This document shows positions 1 through 13,400 of a stretch of 34,297 nt of DNA, piece by piece. Each line of letters opens with the position of its first letter. Position 1 is the first letter of the stretch. A program made the position numbers and the translations under genes. The notes beneath the pieces are model-generated. The model had not been told where the DNA came from, ran no database searches, and saw only the letters and a list, made by a program, of their open reading frames with translations. The stretch is from Candidatus Hodarchaeota archaeon (GTDB lineage Archaea > Asgardarchaeota > Heimdallarchaeia > Hodarchaeales > Hodarchaeaceae), in NCBI GenBank assembly GCA_029856365.1, contig JAHQWW010000028.1:1-34297 (forward strand). The letters are read 5' to 3'.

Positions 1-359
1 ATACAGACCCAAGTACTTATACGATCTACAGGGATGGGACAAGAATCATTAATGGTACATGGAATACAAATGTCTCCATCACGATCAATGTAGATGGACA
101 TACTACTGGTTTCTATAACTACACAATTGTGGTCTATGATTTATATAATAATACTGCCACAGAAACAGTAATAGTGGAAGTTACCAATCCTAGGAGTACA
201 ACTATTATTACTACAACAACTCAAATGACAACTAATATTTTGACTACAGCTTCTACAACTGGAAGTACGCTAGGTTTTACATGGTTTAGCATTCTGTCGA
301 TGATAATATTTCTACTTTTGAAAAAATATAAGTATTTGGGTCAAAAATACTTGAGATAA
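1..359 (+). CDS. C-terminal part (5'-truncated) of an Ig-like-domain cell-surface protein with Thr-rich linker and C-terminal membrane anchor
   Basis: The frame is open from position 3, upstream of the listed start at 129: TDPSTYTIYRDGTRIINGTWNTNVSITINVDGHTTGFYNYTIVVYDLYNNTATETVIVEV. This is a beta-rich Ig-like module of the type common in Asgard surface proteins. It is followed by a T/S-rich stalk, LGF, a hydrophobic helix and a KKYK basic tail (PGF-CTERM-like). TAA stop at 357-359. Confidence 0.85.
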   Translation, partial: TDPSTYTIYRDGTRIINGTWNTNVSITINVDGHTTGFYNYTIVVYDLYNNTATETVIVEVTNPRSTTIITTTTQMTTNILTTASTTGSTLGFTWFSILSMIIFLLLKKYKYLGQKYLR

Positions 360-531
360 AGTAATTCTATTAGGGGAGCGGATTTAGCAAAAAATACAAT
401 AATGGCTCTTATAGATTGAGGAAAGTACAAAATCTCTTAAAATATAAGTATAAATAATCTAATTGTAATTATATTCGGCGCCAAAAATAGTATTTATAAT
501 GAGTGATCTAGAAAATATAAGGTTGAAAAAA

Positions 532-1023
532 ATGCCAGGTTATTCTACTCATTTTTTTGTTGGATTCTTGATTGCAATCCCTTTTTTCCACTGGGATGAA
601 AAGGATCGTTTAAAAACACTAGTATTAGGGGCTTTTGCGGGGATAATTCCTGATATTGATGGGATCTGGGCTGTAATTACTGTCGAGACTGGAAATCCAA
701 CGCTGGACTATCTCTTCTCCCATCGTGGATTTTGGCATAATCCATTTCTTCCACTTTTATTTGCAATTTTTTCAGGTGTATACCTCGCGATCATCTTCTT
801 CCCTCAACGAAAGATGGCAAAAGACCATTTTTGGTCACTATCACCTATCGTTCTTGCATGGTTTTCTCACTTAATCCTCGACTTCGGATTTACTACCACA
901 AACAATATTCCCGCATTAATCTTTGAATTACCATTTATTGCTGTTTACGCGTTGGATCAAATATCTGCATTCGCTATTTCGGCTCTTTTTGGATATATCC
1001 TCTGGAAACGAGCTGGTTCGTGA
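532..1023 (+). CDS. Membrane-bound metal-dependent hydrolase, YdjM/DUF457-like
   Basis: Family motifs TH (YSTH), PDID, HRGFWH and SHLILD lie between hydrophobic helices. ATG at 532 (MPGYSTH) follows GGTTGA. The track start at 499 is an alternative. Confidence 0.85.
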   Translation: MPGYSTHFFVGFLIAIPFFHWDEKDRLKTLVLGAFAGIIPDIDGIWAVITVETGNPTLDYLFSHRGFWHNPFLPLLFAIFSGVYLAIIFFPQRKMAKDHFWSLSPIVLAWFSHLILDFGFTTTNNIPALIFELPFIAVYALDQISAFAISALFGYILWKRAGS

Positions 1024-1438
1024 TCATAGTTAGAATATCTTCATTCTCATCTTTAATAAAGCAAGAAATAGGTGCTGCAACAAATAACTGGTAGTATTGA
1101 GTATTAGGAAGAACCAGAACATGATGAAACAATCAACTTGACTCGAATAAGATCAATCCAAAAAATCATTAAATACTATCAATTAGTGTACAGTGTAAAA
1201 ATACTACGAATTTTCCAGTAGTCATCATCAGAAATTCTTCCTTCTCTTTTTAAATGAGATCACTAGGAGGTTAAGAAAAATAAATATATATAGAATATTA
1301 AAGAATGGTAAAAGTAAAATCAAGTTTCTTCAAATACACTCATTTTTTACTAAGATTAGCTTCCTATTACAATCTAAAAAATTTTAAGGAGGAAAGACAA
1401 AGAGAGTAATCATTTGTGTACCTCCTTCTATTTATAAT

Positions 1439-4400
1439 CTACTCTTCTAATCTCTCTGCGATGATTGGTTGATTCGAAGAGTCAATTGAATGGGGAAGAG
1501 AAAGTTCCACCAGGAGCTTGAGCTTAACTGCTTTCTTTAGAAATTTAATAGCCTCAATTCGCTTAAAATTTGAGCCCAACTCACCTACAATTGCCTCAGG
1601 GAAGGAATATCCAATTTTTGATACAGAATAGATCTTTTGATTTATTATATCCCACATTCTATGTTCTTTTCTAGATAGTATATTGTTATTCCTCCTCCTA
1701 ACGCCTCCATTCAACGCCAGGGGTGAACAGTAATATAGAGGAAGATGCTTGTGAATGATTCTTCTCACTTTTTCTACTGAGATATGATTGGGAGAAATGT
1801 AATTTATTAATTTATCAGCAAAATTGTCTTCAATTTCTTGCCCAATGTGTCGTATGTAAACACGGAAAGTTTTTGGAAGAACTTTATCCGAAATGATAGC
1901 AATGCTTGAATACTTGCCATTCCAGACAAGCATATTTAATCCTTTACGGCTTAGGGCTTCAAATTCGGTTTTTTGTCCTTGTATTACCTCTTCCTCAGAG
2001 CGTGCCATCATTCTCGTGGTAACATCTTTCATGAAATCTGAAATAGCTGTTGAAAGTCCCGACAGGACATCAATATCGGCCTCAAAGTCGTGGAAAGTCT
2101 GTTCATTGTAAAATTGAACCCCAAAACTGGTGCGACAAAAAATCACACGTATAGACTTCATGGCATTGTACTTTTGTACAATACTTAGTTGAATCGTTCG
2201 TGATCTACGGCGATGATGATGTATTAGGACGATTACAGAAGAGAAAGCAATTAATAACGCAAAAATGGTGATTAACACAGGATCAAGGCTAAGGATAGTT
2301 TCTCCATTATTATATTTGATTTCTATATCATTGAATTCATTATACTCATAAAATCTCTTATTTCCGTTCTTATCCACTGTCTCGATTTTATAGATTATTT
2401 TCCAATTAGTTTTATTCTGTATAAATGGAATAGTGGCGCTATAAATCTGAATCGTTTCACCATTTGTGTTTTCAATAGAATCAGAAAGCATTTCAACTAA
2501 TCGCCATTTTTGTACTTCATCATGGTTCAATGAAGATCCAAACCCTATTGGCTCAGCTTCGGTCTTATTAATAGCTTTAAAGTAGTAATATAAGATAACT
2601 TTTTCTATTCCTGAATCAAATTCTTGTATTTCTGCGCAGAAAGTGATTTTGGTGGGATCTTGCTCAAGATTCTTAATATAGGTATCTTTCACCCTCGGAG
2701 GAGTCGAATCTTCGATGGTAAAGATATAGGATTTGGTGCAATCAATTTTATAAGAAATATCTTCATATCTTTGTGTTGTAGATGTAGCTATGATCTCCAC
2801 AATGACCGTTTTATTGATGAACGAAGCATAATATTTTTCTGACAGGGGAAATTCGACTTTCCAAGGGGATTTGTAACGTTCCTTGGTCTGTTCATCAGTC
2901 CCATTAAGGATAATTTTAAAACGAACTTCGGAAATTATATTGCGAACATCGCTAGCATTGACCCAGAGGTCGTAATACCCTTCTCTTTCAGTATCAAATC
3001 CAAAGTTATTAATGGATGGTCTACTTTCAATTATAACTGATATATCTAATTTTGGCCCATTTTCAATCCCATCGAAGGGATAAACTTCAACAGTCCAAAC
3101 TTCACCTGCATGGGTCTTGCTAGCAGAAATAAACTTCCAACCATCATATTCGGATTGATAAATTCCATTAACATACCATCTTAACATTGTTAAATCGTCT
3201 TTTCGATATGAAACACCTGCTACAAAAGTATAGTTGATATTTATGTCTTGATCTTCTATAAAAAATTGTGGATGATCATCATTACCTATAAATTTTAAGT
3301 TAGTCACCGTGGGGTAGCCATTTCCTATTATAATAGCGGATGAGTTGACCCAGCTACCATGATCAAGCCTTCGGTCTCTTGGGCATACACTTACTATCCA
3401 AACGTCCCCTTTCGTTACATATCTAGACTCAACATAATGATTTTGTAATTCATCAATTAATATGCCATTTCTATACCATCGATATTGAGCATGAACGACT
3501 AAGCCATTTTCAACCTCAATATCAAATATATCTAAACCTTCACCACTATCGATATCTTTTGCTGAATAATTTACATAAAGGGGAATTCTTGGGGAGTAGA
3601 ATGTGCTATTATTGGCACCTAGAATATTTGGTGGAGCTACTAGTTCTGGGGGAGTATTACCCACAATGATGAACCCTGATTGAGGTTCTAAAACTGATTC
3701 ACCATAATCATCCCCATCGTAAGGTTTTATTATACAATAGATATAATCACCTGCAGCAATATAAGAATTAGGCAATAATATCATTGTTAACGGATTCCAA
3801 GTACCCAAATGACGTATATTCCAAGATATTTCTGTTTTGTCTTCATCTCCATCAAAGTCAACAAACTCATAAAAAATAACAACATCATCACTAGTGGTAT
3901 TTCCCCCGCTTATAGCCACATTCAGTATGTATGGCTTAGAGTTTTGAATTTCTGTTCCTGCCCACTTTTTTTCTGACCAATCAGAACCATCGAACACCCT
4001 TACTTCAAAAATCCAAACCTCTCCTTTTGAGGTATATTTAGGAAGTACTGTTGTACTGTTTTCCAAGAAAGGGACTTCGATATTATTTTTTTTCCAAACA
4101 ATATAATAAGAAACAAGTGAGTCATTGTCGGCTGTATCGCTAGCCTCGAAGGTTGCAACTAAAGTGTCGTTGGTATAAACAGATCCATTTGGAAATAAAG
4201 AAGTACAAACGATCTCAGGTTTAGTATTACCAATAGTGACGTTAATCGAAAGACTGAACCAATTACCGAAGTCTATTCCATCCTTTGGGTGAATTTTATA
4301 ATGCCAGACCTGATTTTTAGCTGTATAAGTGGTAGGAACAGTTTTAGAGTCATTTAAGGCCCCCTGTAACACCCCATCTTTGTACCAAAGAATTTCACTA

Positions 4401-7400
4401 CCATTTTCAGTCTTACTTTTAGGATCATCAGGATCGTGATATATGTATGATGCTGTAAGATTATCCCCAGTCTTCGGGCTAGTGGGTGTTATAGTAAGAC
4501 TACTAGCAGTCGGGGCTGAGTTACCAATTGTTACATTGTTCAAACACCCCACCCAATTTCCAAAATCACTCCCATCTGATGGCCTAGCTTTATAATGCCA
4601 TACCTGTCCTTTACCTGTATAATTCGCAGCAACAGTATTAGAACCACTCAAGATTTCTTGTAAAACACCATCCTTATACCATAAAATCTCTGTGCCAATT
4701 TCAGGGTCCGCGTCAGCATCATTGTAAGTATAGTTTACTATCAGGATCTGCCCTGTCATAGGGCTATTTGGGATTATAGTCAGATCATTAGCTGAGGGTG
4801 CTGTGTTCATAATAGTAGTTATTGGGGATGTTTGTAGATCCCCCAAGTTACTACCATCGCTAGGTTCGATGGTAAAGTACCAGGTCTCTCCCTTAGTTGT
4901 AGCAAATGCAGGGATGGTGGTCTGGTTCTCATAGGTTGGTTGTTCTTCTTCATTCTTATACCAACGAATATATGAACCACTTTCCAAATCTGAGTCAGCA
5001 TCAGAATAATTATATGCTATAGAAAGAATATGTTCAGTTTTTGGATAACTAGGTGTTATGATCAGATCACTGACAAATGGAGCTGTGTTGGTAATAATAA
5101 CACTGGGTGAGGTTTTTATGTTACCATAATCGGAACCATCACAGGGTTGTATAACAAAGTACCAAGTTTCTTCTTTACTAGAACTCGAGGCGAATACACT
5201 GGTTTGATTTTCAAGAGCTAGCTGTTCCAATCCATTTTTGTACCACCGAATAATTGATCCGTTATCAGGATCAGTGTCTGCATCAGTATAGAGGTAGAAT
5301 GCCGTGAGATCATCACCAGTCTTCGGGCTACTTGGAGTGATCTCTAAATCACTAATTAGGGGAGAGGTGTTATGAATGGTAACATTAACAGGACTGGAAA
5401 ACCAAATTCCGTAATCGGTGCCATCGAATGGATGGATCTTGAAATGCCATATATCACCCTTGGTAGTATTACCAACACCCACAGTGAATGCACCATTCAA
5501 AACGGTTTGTAACACTCCGTTCTTATACCAAATAATTTCTGTCTCTTTTTCGAGATCCGCGTTTACATCCGTATAGATATAGTTTGCTTTAAGTTCATGA
5601 CCAGTTTTCGGATAACTAGGAGTTATAGTAAGATCACTGACAGAAGGAGCTGTGTTATTAATCGTCGCATTTATAGGAATCCTTACCCACTCACCAAAGT
5701 CAGTGCTATCTGATGGATGAACTTTGAAAAACCAAACTTGCCCCTTGATAGTATAATTGGCGGTGACAGTTATAGATCCATTCAAAGCTGTTTGTAGTAC
5801 TCCGTTCTTATACCAAATGATTTCTGTCTCACCCTCTGGATCTGCATCTACATCTACATAAGCATAACTTGCAACAAGGTCTTCACCAGTTTGAGGGTTA
5901 CAAGGAGTTATGGTCAAATCACTAACAGAAGGTGCTGTGTTCGCTATAGAAACACTAGGGGATATCTTTAGAATCCCATAATCACTACCATCACTAGGTT
6001 CGATGGTAAAGTACCATATCTCCCCCTTAGTTGTAACAAATGTGGGGATGGTGGTCTGGTTTTCATAAGTTGGTTGTACTTCTTCATTCTTGTACCAACG
6101 AATATATGAACCACTTTCCAGGTCAGAGTCAGTATCAAAGTAATTATAATTTACTATTAGATCATCTCCAGTTTTCGGATTAATGGGTGTTATGGCTAGA
6201 TTACTGACAGATGGTACCGTGTTCACAACCGTTATATTTATCGAAACGCTTACCCAATTACCAAAGTCAGTTCCATCTGAAGGTTTAACCTTAAAACTCC
6301 AAACTTGCCCCTTGGCTATATATGTGGAAAAAACAATAGTCGAATCGTTTAAAAATCCTTGCAGCTTGCTATCCTTAAACCAAATAATTTTCGTTCCACT
6401 CTCGGGATCCATGTCAATATCAATGTAAGTATATTCTGCTTCGAGATCGTTCCCAGTCCGAGGTTCAATAGGTGTGATTATGAGATTTCCAGCAGAAGGT
6501 GCAGTATTATTAATTGTCATATTCATCGAAACACTTACCCATTGGCCAAAATCATCTCCATCCTTTGGGTGAACTTTATAATGCCAGACCTGTCCCTTGC
6601 CAGTATAACTGGTAAATACAACTGTGGAACCATTCAATGCCTCCTGTAGCACATCGTCTTTGTACCAAATAATCTCAGTTCCTATCTCGAGATCTGAATC
6701 AGCATCAAAATAGTCATAATTGGCTATCAGATCATCTCCCGTCCTCGGATTAGTAGGTGTTATGGTCAAATTACTGACAAAGGGTGCTGTGTTCGCTATT
6801 GTTATAATGGAGGACCATCCCTGACTGCCATAATCGCTCCCATCGCTAGGTTTAACGGAAAATTGCCAGTTTTCTCCTTTGTTTGTGATTGATGCGGGGA
6901 TTGTTGTCTGGTTCTCATAAGCTAGTTGTTCCAATCCATTTTTAAACCAACAAATAATTGATTCAATTTCAGGATCCATGTCAGCATCGATGAAAGTATA
7001 ATCTGCATTAAGATCATGCCCAGTTTTAGGTCCACTAGGCGTTATGGCAATATTACTGGCAGATGGCGCCGTATTAACAATGGTTATGTTTATAGGACTC
7101 TCAACCCACTCACCATAGTCTGTTCCATCTGATGGTCTGACTTTACAATGCCACTCCTGTTCTTTAGTAGTATAACCAGATAAAACGAATGTAGATCCAT
7201 TCAAAGCTCTTTGCAGCTCACCATCCTTGTACCAAAGGATCTCTGTTCCATTCTCGGAATCTAAATCAGGATCAATGTAGCTGTAACTTATAAAAAGTTT
7301 ATCCCCAGTTTTTGGCTCATTAGGCGAGATAATCAAACCACCAACAGATGGAGCAGTATTCTGAATCGTAACATTTTCAGGAACACTTGCCCAGTTACCA

Positions 7401-10400
7401 AAATCTTTTCCATCTCGGGGCCTCACCTTCACGTGCCAATTATCACCTTTTACGGTAGCAGTAGAGGGAAGAATTTGTAGGTTATCATACTCACTTACAT
7501 GATCGCCATTACGATACCATCGATACTGTGATCCTAATTCCTCATCTCCATCAATATCGTGAAATGTCCAATTGATAAACAGACTGTTGGCTTGAATAGG
7601 ATTACTTGGAATTAAATTGAGGAATCTTGCCTCAGGTGGATTATTTGGAGGGACTTGAATACCCACAGAGGGGGAAATCTCCAAACTACTCAGGTCTACC
7701 CCATCGCTTACTTGGATAGTGAAATACCAAATTTGGCCTACTGTTGTATTCCCAGCGGCAATAGTTAGAATATCATTGAGAGAGCTTTGAAGAACATTAT
7801 CTCGATACCACCGTATTTCACGTGATGTATTTACTTGGGAATCACCATCGTAATCAGAATAAAGATAGGTTGCATGGAGGTCTAAGGTTTCATTAACAGG
7901 TGATTCTTCAAGAATCTTGACATTTGATACCGTAGGGGGAGTATTACTAATGGTAACATTAGTAGGACTTCCTATCCATTCACCAAAAACAAAACCATCT
8001 TTTGGTCTGACTTTAAAGTGCCAAATCTGTCCTTTACCAGTTAAATTATCTTGTACAGTGGTTGATCCATTTAATCCCCCCTGTATCACACTATCTTTGT
8101 ACCAAATAATCTCCGTCCCACTTTCTTCATCTAAATCAACATCTAAATAGGAATAACTTGCGACAAGGTCATCACTCGAAGTTGGATAACTAGGTGTTAT
8201 GGTCAAATCACTGACAGAAGGAGGGGTATTAGTAATGGTGATATTAACTTGTGAGCTTGCCCAGCTACCAAACTCTGTTCCATCAGATGGACGAACCTTA
8301 CAATGCCACTCCTGGCCTTTAGTCGTATAGCTAGCAGTAACAACTGTTAAACCACTCAAAGCTTCTTGCAGTATGTTATCCTTATACCAAACAATCTCAG
8401 TCCCGATTTCTAGGTCATTATCGGGATCTGTGTAAGTATAACCTATTATAAGATTATGTCCAGTCTGCGGACTAGTAGGCGATATGCAAATATCATTTGC
8501 AGAAGGTGCTGTGTTGACTATAGTAATAATAGAAGAGGCTTTCTGACTGCCAAACTCGCTTCCATCACTTGGTTCAATAATAAAGCACCAGTTTTCCCCC
8601 TTACTCGTGGTTGAAGAGTGAACGAAAGTCTGGTTCTCATATACAGGCTGTTCGATACCATTTTTGTACCACCAAATTCGAGATCCACTTTCAGGATCAG
8701 TGTCCATATCCGAGTAGCTATATGCTGCTGTAAGATCATCACCCGTCATTGGATTACTAGGTGTTATGATTAGATTACTGACAGAAGGAGCTGTGTTTCT
8801 AATTGTGATGACTGGGGATGTCATTAAGTCTCCATAGTCAGTACCATCACTAGCCTGGGTGGTAAAGTACCAATCTTCCCCTTTACTTGTTGCCGCTGCA
8901 GGGATGGCGGTTTGATTTTCATATACGGATTGTTCGATACCATTTTTGTACCATTGAATATGAGACCCATTTTCTGGGTCCGAATCGGGATCTGCATAGG
9001 TATAACTAGCCAAAAGATCATGCCCAGTTTTTGGAGCCACTGGTGTTATTGTGAGGTCAGTTGTGGCTGGAGCCGTGTTGTTAATGGTAATATTGGACGT
9101 ACTACTCACCCACCCACCAAAGTCAGTACCATCTGACGGTCGAACTTTACAATGCCAGACCTGTCCTTTGGCAGTATAAATATTAAGTACAGTAGCAGAA
9201 TCGTTTAAGGTATCTTGTAGTACTCCATCCTTATACCATAAAATATTGGTGCCACTTTCAGGGTCATCGTCAGGATCCACATAAATGTAATTAGCTGCCA
9301 ATTCATCGTTTGTCCCAGGATCATTAGGTATTATGTTTAAATCACTAGCTGAGGGACCTGTATTCATTATAGTGACGATTTGGGACGTTTGCAGGGTTCC
9401 ATAGTCACTACCATCATTGGGTAGGATGGTAAAATACCAATTTTCCCCCTTTTTTGTGGCTGCTGCAGGGAGGGTGGTTTGGTTCTCATACATCGATTGT
9501 TCGATAGCATTTTTGTACCAACAAATTCGAGACTCACTTTCTGGATCTGAATCAGGATCTGAGTAAGTGTAAAATGCGAACAAGTCATTTGTTGTTTGTG
9601 GGTTATTAGGGGATACATCTAAATTACCAGCTGAGGGACTAGTATTGGCAATCGCGACCATGGGAGAGGGTTGCAGATTACCATAATCTGTTCCATCACT
9701 GGGCTGGACTGTAAAGTACCAGGTTTCCCCCTTACTTGTCACTGCTGCGGGGAGATTAAGCTGATTCTCATACCCAGGTTGTTCTATGCCATTTTTGTAC
9801 CACCGAATAATCGACCCACTTTCGAGATCGGAATCAGGGTCAGTATAGCTATAACTTGCGGTGAGAGCATCCCCAGTCTTTGGTTCACTAGGGACTATGG
9901 CAAGGCTGCTGACTGAGGGACCTGTATTGACAATCGTGACTATGGGAGACGTTTGCATATTGCCATAATCTGTACCATCGCTGGGTAGGATAATAAAGTA
10001 CCAGTTCTCACCTCTTTTCGTGGCTGCTGCGGGAAGAATAGACAGGTTTTCATACCCAGGCTGTTCTATGCCATTTTTATACCAACGAAATATTGATTCA
10101 CTTTCCATATCGTTATCAGGATCAATATAGATATAATTTGCATATAGATCGTTTTCAGTTTTTGGTTCACTTGGAGTTATAGCTAGCTCACTCGTAAATG
10201 GCGCTGTATTAGCAATCGTAACATTAATTGAGCTATCCACCCATTCACCATAGTCAATCCCATCTGATGGTCGAACTTTACAATGCCAGACCTGTCCTTT
10301 AGCAATATAACTGGAAGGAACAATTGTAAAATCTTGTAGGGCTCCAACAAGTACACCATCCCTATACCATAAGATCTCAGTCCCACTTTCAGAATCTGAG

Positions 10401-13400
10401 TCTTCATCAGAATAGATATAATTCAATGAAATTTCATCGATTGATAAGGGATTGCTAGGAATTATTACTAAATTCTTAATTGAAGGTGCTGTATTCACAA
10501 TGTTGATAATGGAAGACGATTTCAGGCTCCCATAATCGGTTCCATCATAAGGCTGAATAGAAAAGTACCAGTTTTCCTCCTTATTGGTGGCTGCTGCAGG
10601 GATAGTAATCAGGTTCTCAAGGCCAAACTGCTCAACTCCATCTTTGTACCACCTAATAATTGATCCGCTTTCAGCATCTGAATCAAGATCATTATAATTG
10701 TAAGATGCTGTGAGGACGTCTCCCGTCTTTGGAGTATTAGGTATTATAATAAGATCACTTACCGAGGGTGCCGTATTCCTAATCGTGATGATAGAGGACA
10801 ATACCAAGGTTCCATATTCAATCCCATCGCTAGGCTGGATAGTAAAATACCAATTTTCCCCTTTACTAGTAGCGGTATAGGGAATAATTGTTTCATTCTC
10901 ATAGTCAAATTGTTCAATCCCATTTTTGTACCACCGAATAATTGACTCACTCTCAGGATCCGAATCGGGATCTGTATAGATATAAATTGATGTAAGATCA
11001 TTTACAGTTTTTGGATTATTAGGTTCTATTGAAATATTACTGATAGACGGCGCTGTGTTGGCAATAGTTACGTTGACTGAAACACTAATCAAATCACCAA
11101 AGTTTATACCATCAGATGGACGGATCTTGAGGTGCCATTCCTGTCCTTTGGTAGTGTAACTGGCTGCGACAGTCGTAGACCCATTCAAAGCTCCTTGAAG
11201 TACGCCATTTTGATACCAAAAGATCTCTGTCCCACTTTCGGGATCTGAATCAGCATCGGTATAGACATAACTTGCTACAAGATTCTGGTCGGTTAGAGGC
11301 TCATTAGGACTTAAAACTAATCCGTTAGCTAATGGTTTTGTATTCGTTATAGTAATGATAGGAGACATCTTCAGATAACCATAATCATCCCCATCACAAG
11401 GTAAAATAGTAAAGTACCAATTTTCCCCTTTGCTCGTGGCTGAGGCAGGTACGGTCGTTTGGTTCTCATAAGCAATTTGCTCATCATCATTTTTGAACCA
11501 GCGAATAATTGATCCGCTTTCAAGATCAGAGTCAACGTCGAGATAATTATAACTTCCTTTAAGATCATCTCTAGTCTTCGGTTTATGGGGAGTTATATTA
11601 AGATCGCTCACGGATGGAGCTGTATTACAAATCGTGACAATGGGGGAAAATACCATACTACCATACTCGATATCATCGCTGGGTTGGATGGTAAAATACC
11701 AATTTTCTCCTTTAGTAGTTATTGAAGCAGGAATAATTGTTTGGTTCTCATAAGCGGTTTGTTCTACACCATTTTTGTACCACCGAATAATAGTCTTATT
11801 TTCTGGATCTATATCAGGATCTTGAAAATTATACCATGCTATTAGGTCATCCCCGATTTTTGGTTCACCAGGTATTATAACCAAATTACCAACACCTGGA
11901 GCTGTATTACCAATCGTAACATATAGCGGGGTAACCACCCATTCACCAAAGTTAATCCCATCTGATGGTCGAACCATGCAATGCCACACCTCCCCTTTAG
12001 CTGTATAACTAGCAGAAACAGTCTTAGAGCCATTTAATGCTCCTTGTAAAACCCCATCCCTGTACCAAACAATCTCAGTACCAGTCTCAATATCAGTGTC
12101 AAGGTCAGTATATGAATAGCTTACTGTAAGATCATTGATCGATTTAGGACTACTTGGTGTTATGGCCAAATTAATTATTGATGGTTTAGTATTCACTATA
12201 GTAACGATGGGAGACGTTTTTACATTACCATAATCGCTACCATCACAAGGTAGGATAGAAAAGTACCAATTTTCTCCCTTGTTGGTTGCTGAAGGGAGGA
12301 CACTGGTCTGATTCTCATAAGCGGTCTGTTCTATGCTATTTTTATACCATCGAATGAATGTTCCACTTTCAGGATCTAAGTCCATATCAGCATAGTTGTA
12401 ACCACATACGAGTTCATGACTTGTTTTTGGAGTATTGGGTGTTATGGCAAGATTATTTACAAATGGTACTGTGTTAACAACTATCACGATTACTGAAGTT
12501 TTAATACCACCATAATCGGTACCATCACTAGGTTGGATACTGAATAACCAGTTCTCTCCCTTTCTGGTTGCTGAAGCGGGGACAGTAGTCTGGTTCTCAT
12601 AAGCGGTCTGTTCAATACCATTTTTGTACCACCGAATAATAGTTTCACTTTCAGGATCTGCGTCAAGATCTTGAAAATTATACCATGCTATTAGATTATC
12701 CCCAATTCTTGGTTCACTAGGCATTATGGCTAAATTACTGGTACTTGGAGCTGTATTATTAATCGTAACATTCAGCGGGGTAACCACCCATTCACCAAAG
12801 TCAATTCCATCTGATGGTCGAACCATGCAATGCCACACCTCCCCTTTAGCTGTGTAACTAAGAGAAACAGTCTTAGAGCCATTTAGTGCTCCTTGTAAAA
12901 CCCCATCCCTGTACCAAAGAATCTCAGTACCAGTCTCGTTGTCATTATCAACATCAGTAAAGCTATAGCTTACTGAAAGACTGTGGTTAGTTCCTGGATC
13001 AATTGGTAAAATAGTTAAATAACTAATTGAAGGTGCAGTGTTTGCGATGGTGATCATTAAAGAAGTTTTAAGATTCCCATAGGAGGTTCCATCGCTGGGC
13101 AGGATTGTAAAGTACCAAGTTTCCCCTTTACTCGTTGTTACTGCAGAGAGGGTGGTTTGGTTCTCGTAACTGGGCTGTTCTTCCCCATTTTTGAACCAGC
13201 GAATGTAGGAATCACTCTCTAGATCACCATCGACATCTGTGTAGCTATAGCTCGCTACGAGGGCTTCTCCTGTTACAGGGTTCTCTGGTGTTATAGATAG
13301 ATAATCGACTGATGGAACAGTGTTATTTATTACGATAGTTGGGGAAGTTTTCAAGTTCCCATAATTGATGCCATCGCTTGGTTGGATTGTAAAGTACCAA

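Noticed and set aside
1024-1260. Minus-strand fragment ISDDDYWKIRSIF, faintly like some GNAT N-termini
   Set aside because: Too short and interrupted by stops to support a pseudogene call.
11897-12937. Near-identical repeat pair as a DGR template/variable repeat
   Set aside because: The mismatches are not adenine-specific, both copies are in-frame coding, and there is no reverse transcriptase in the window.
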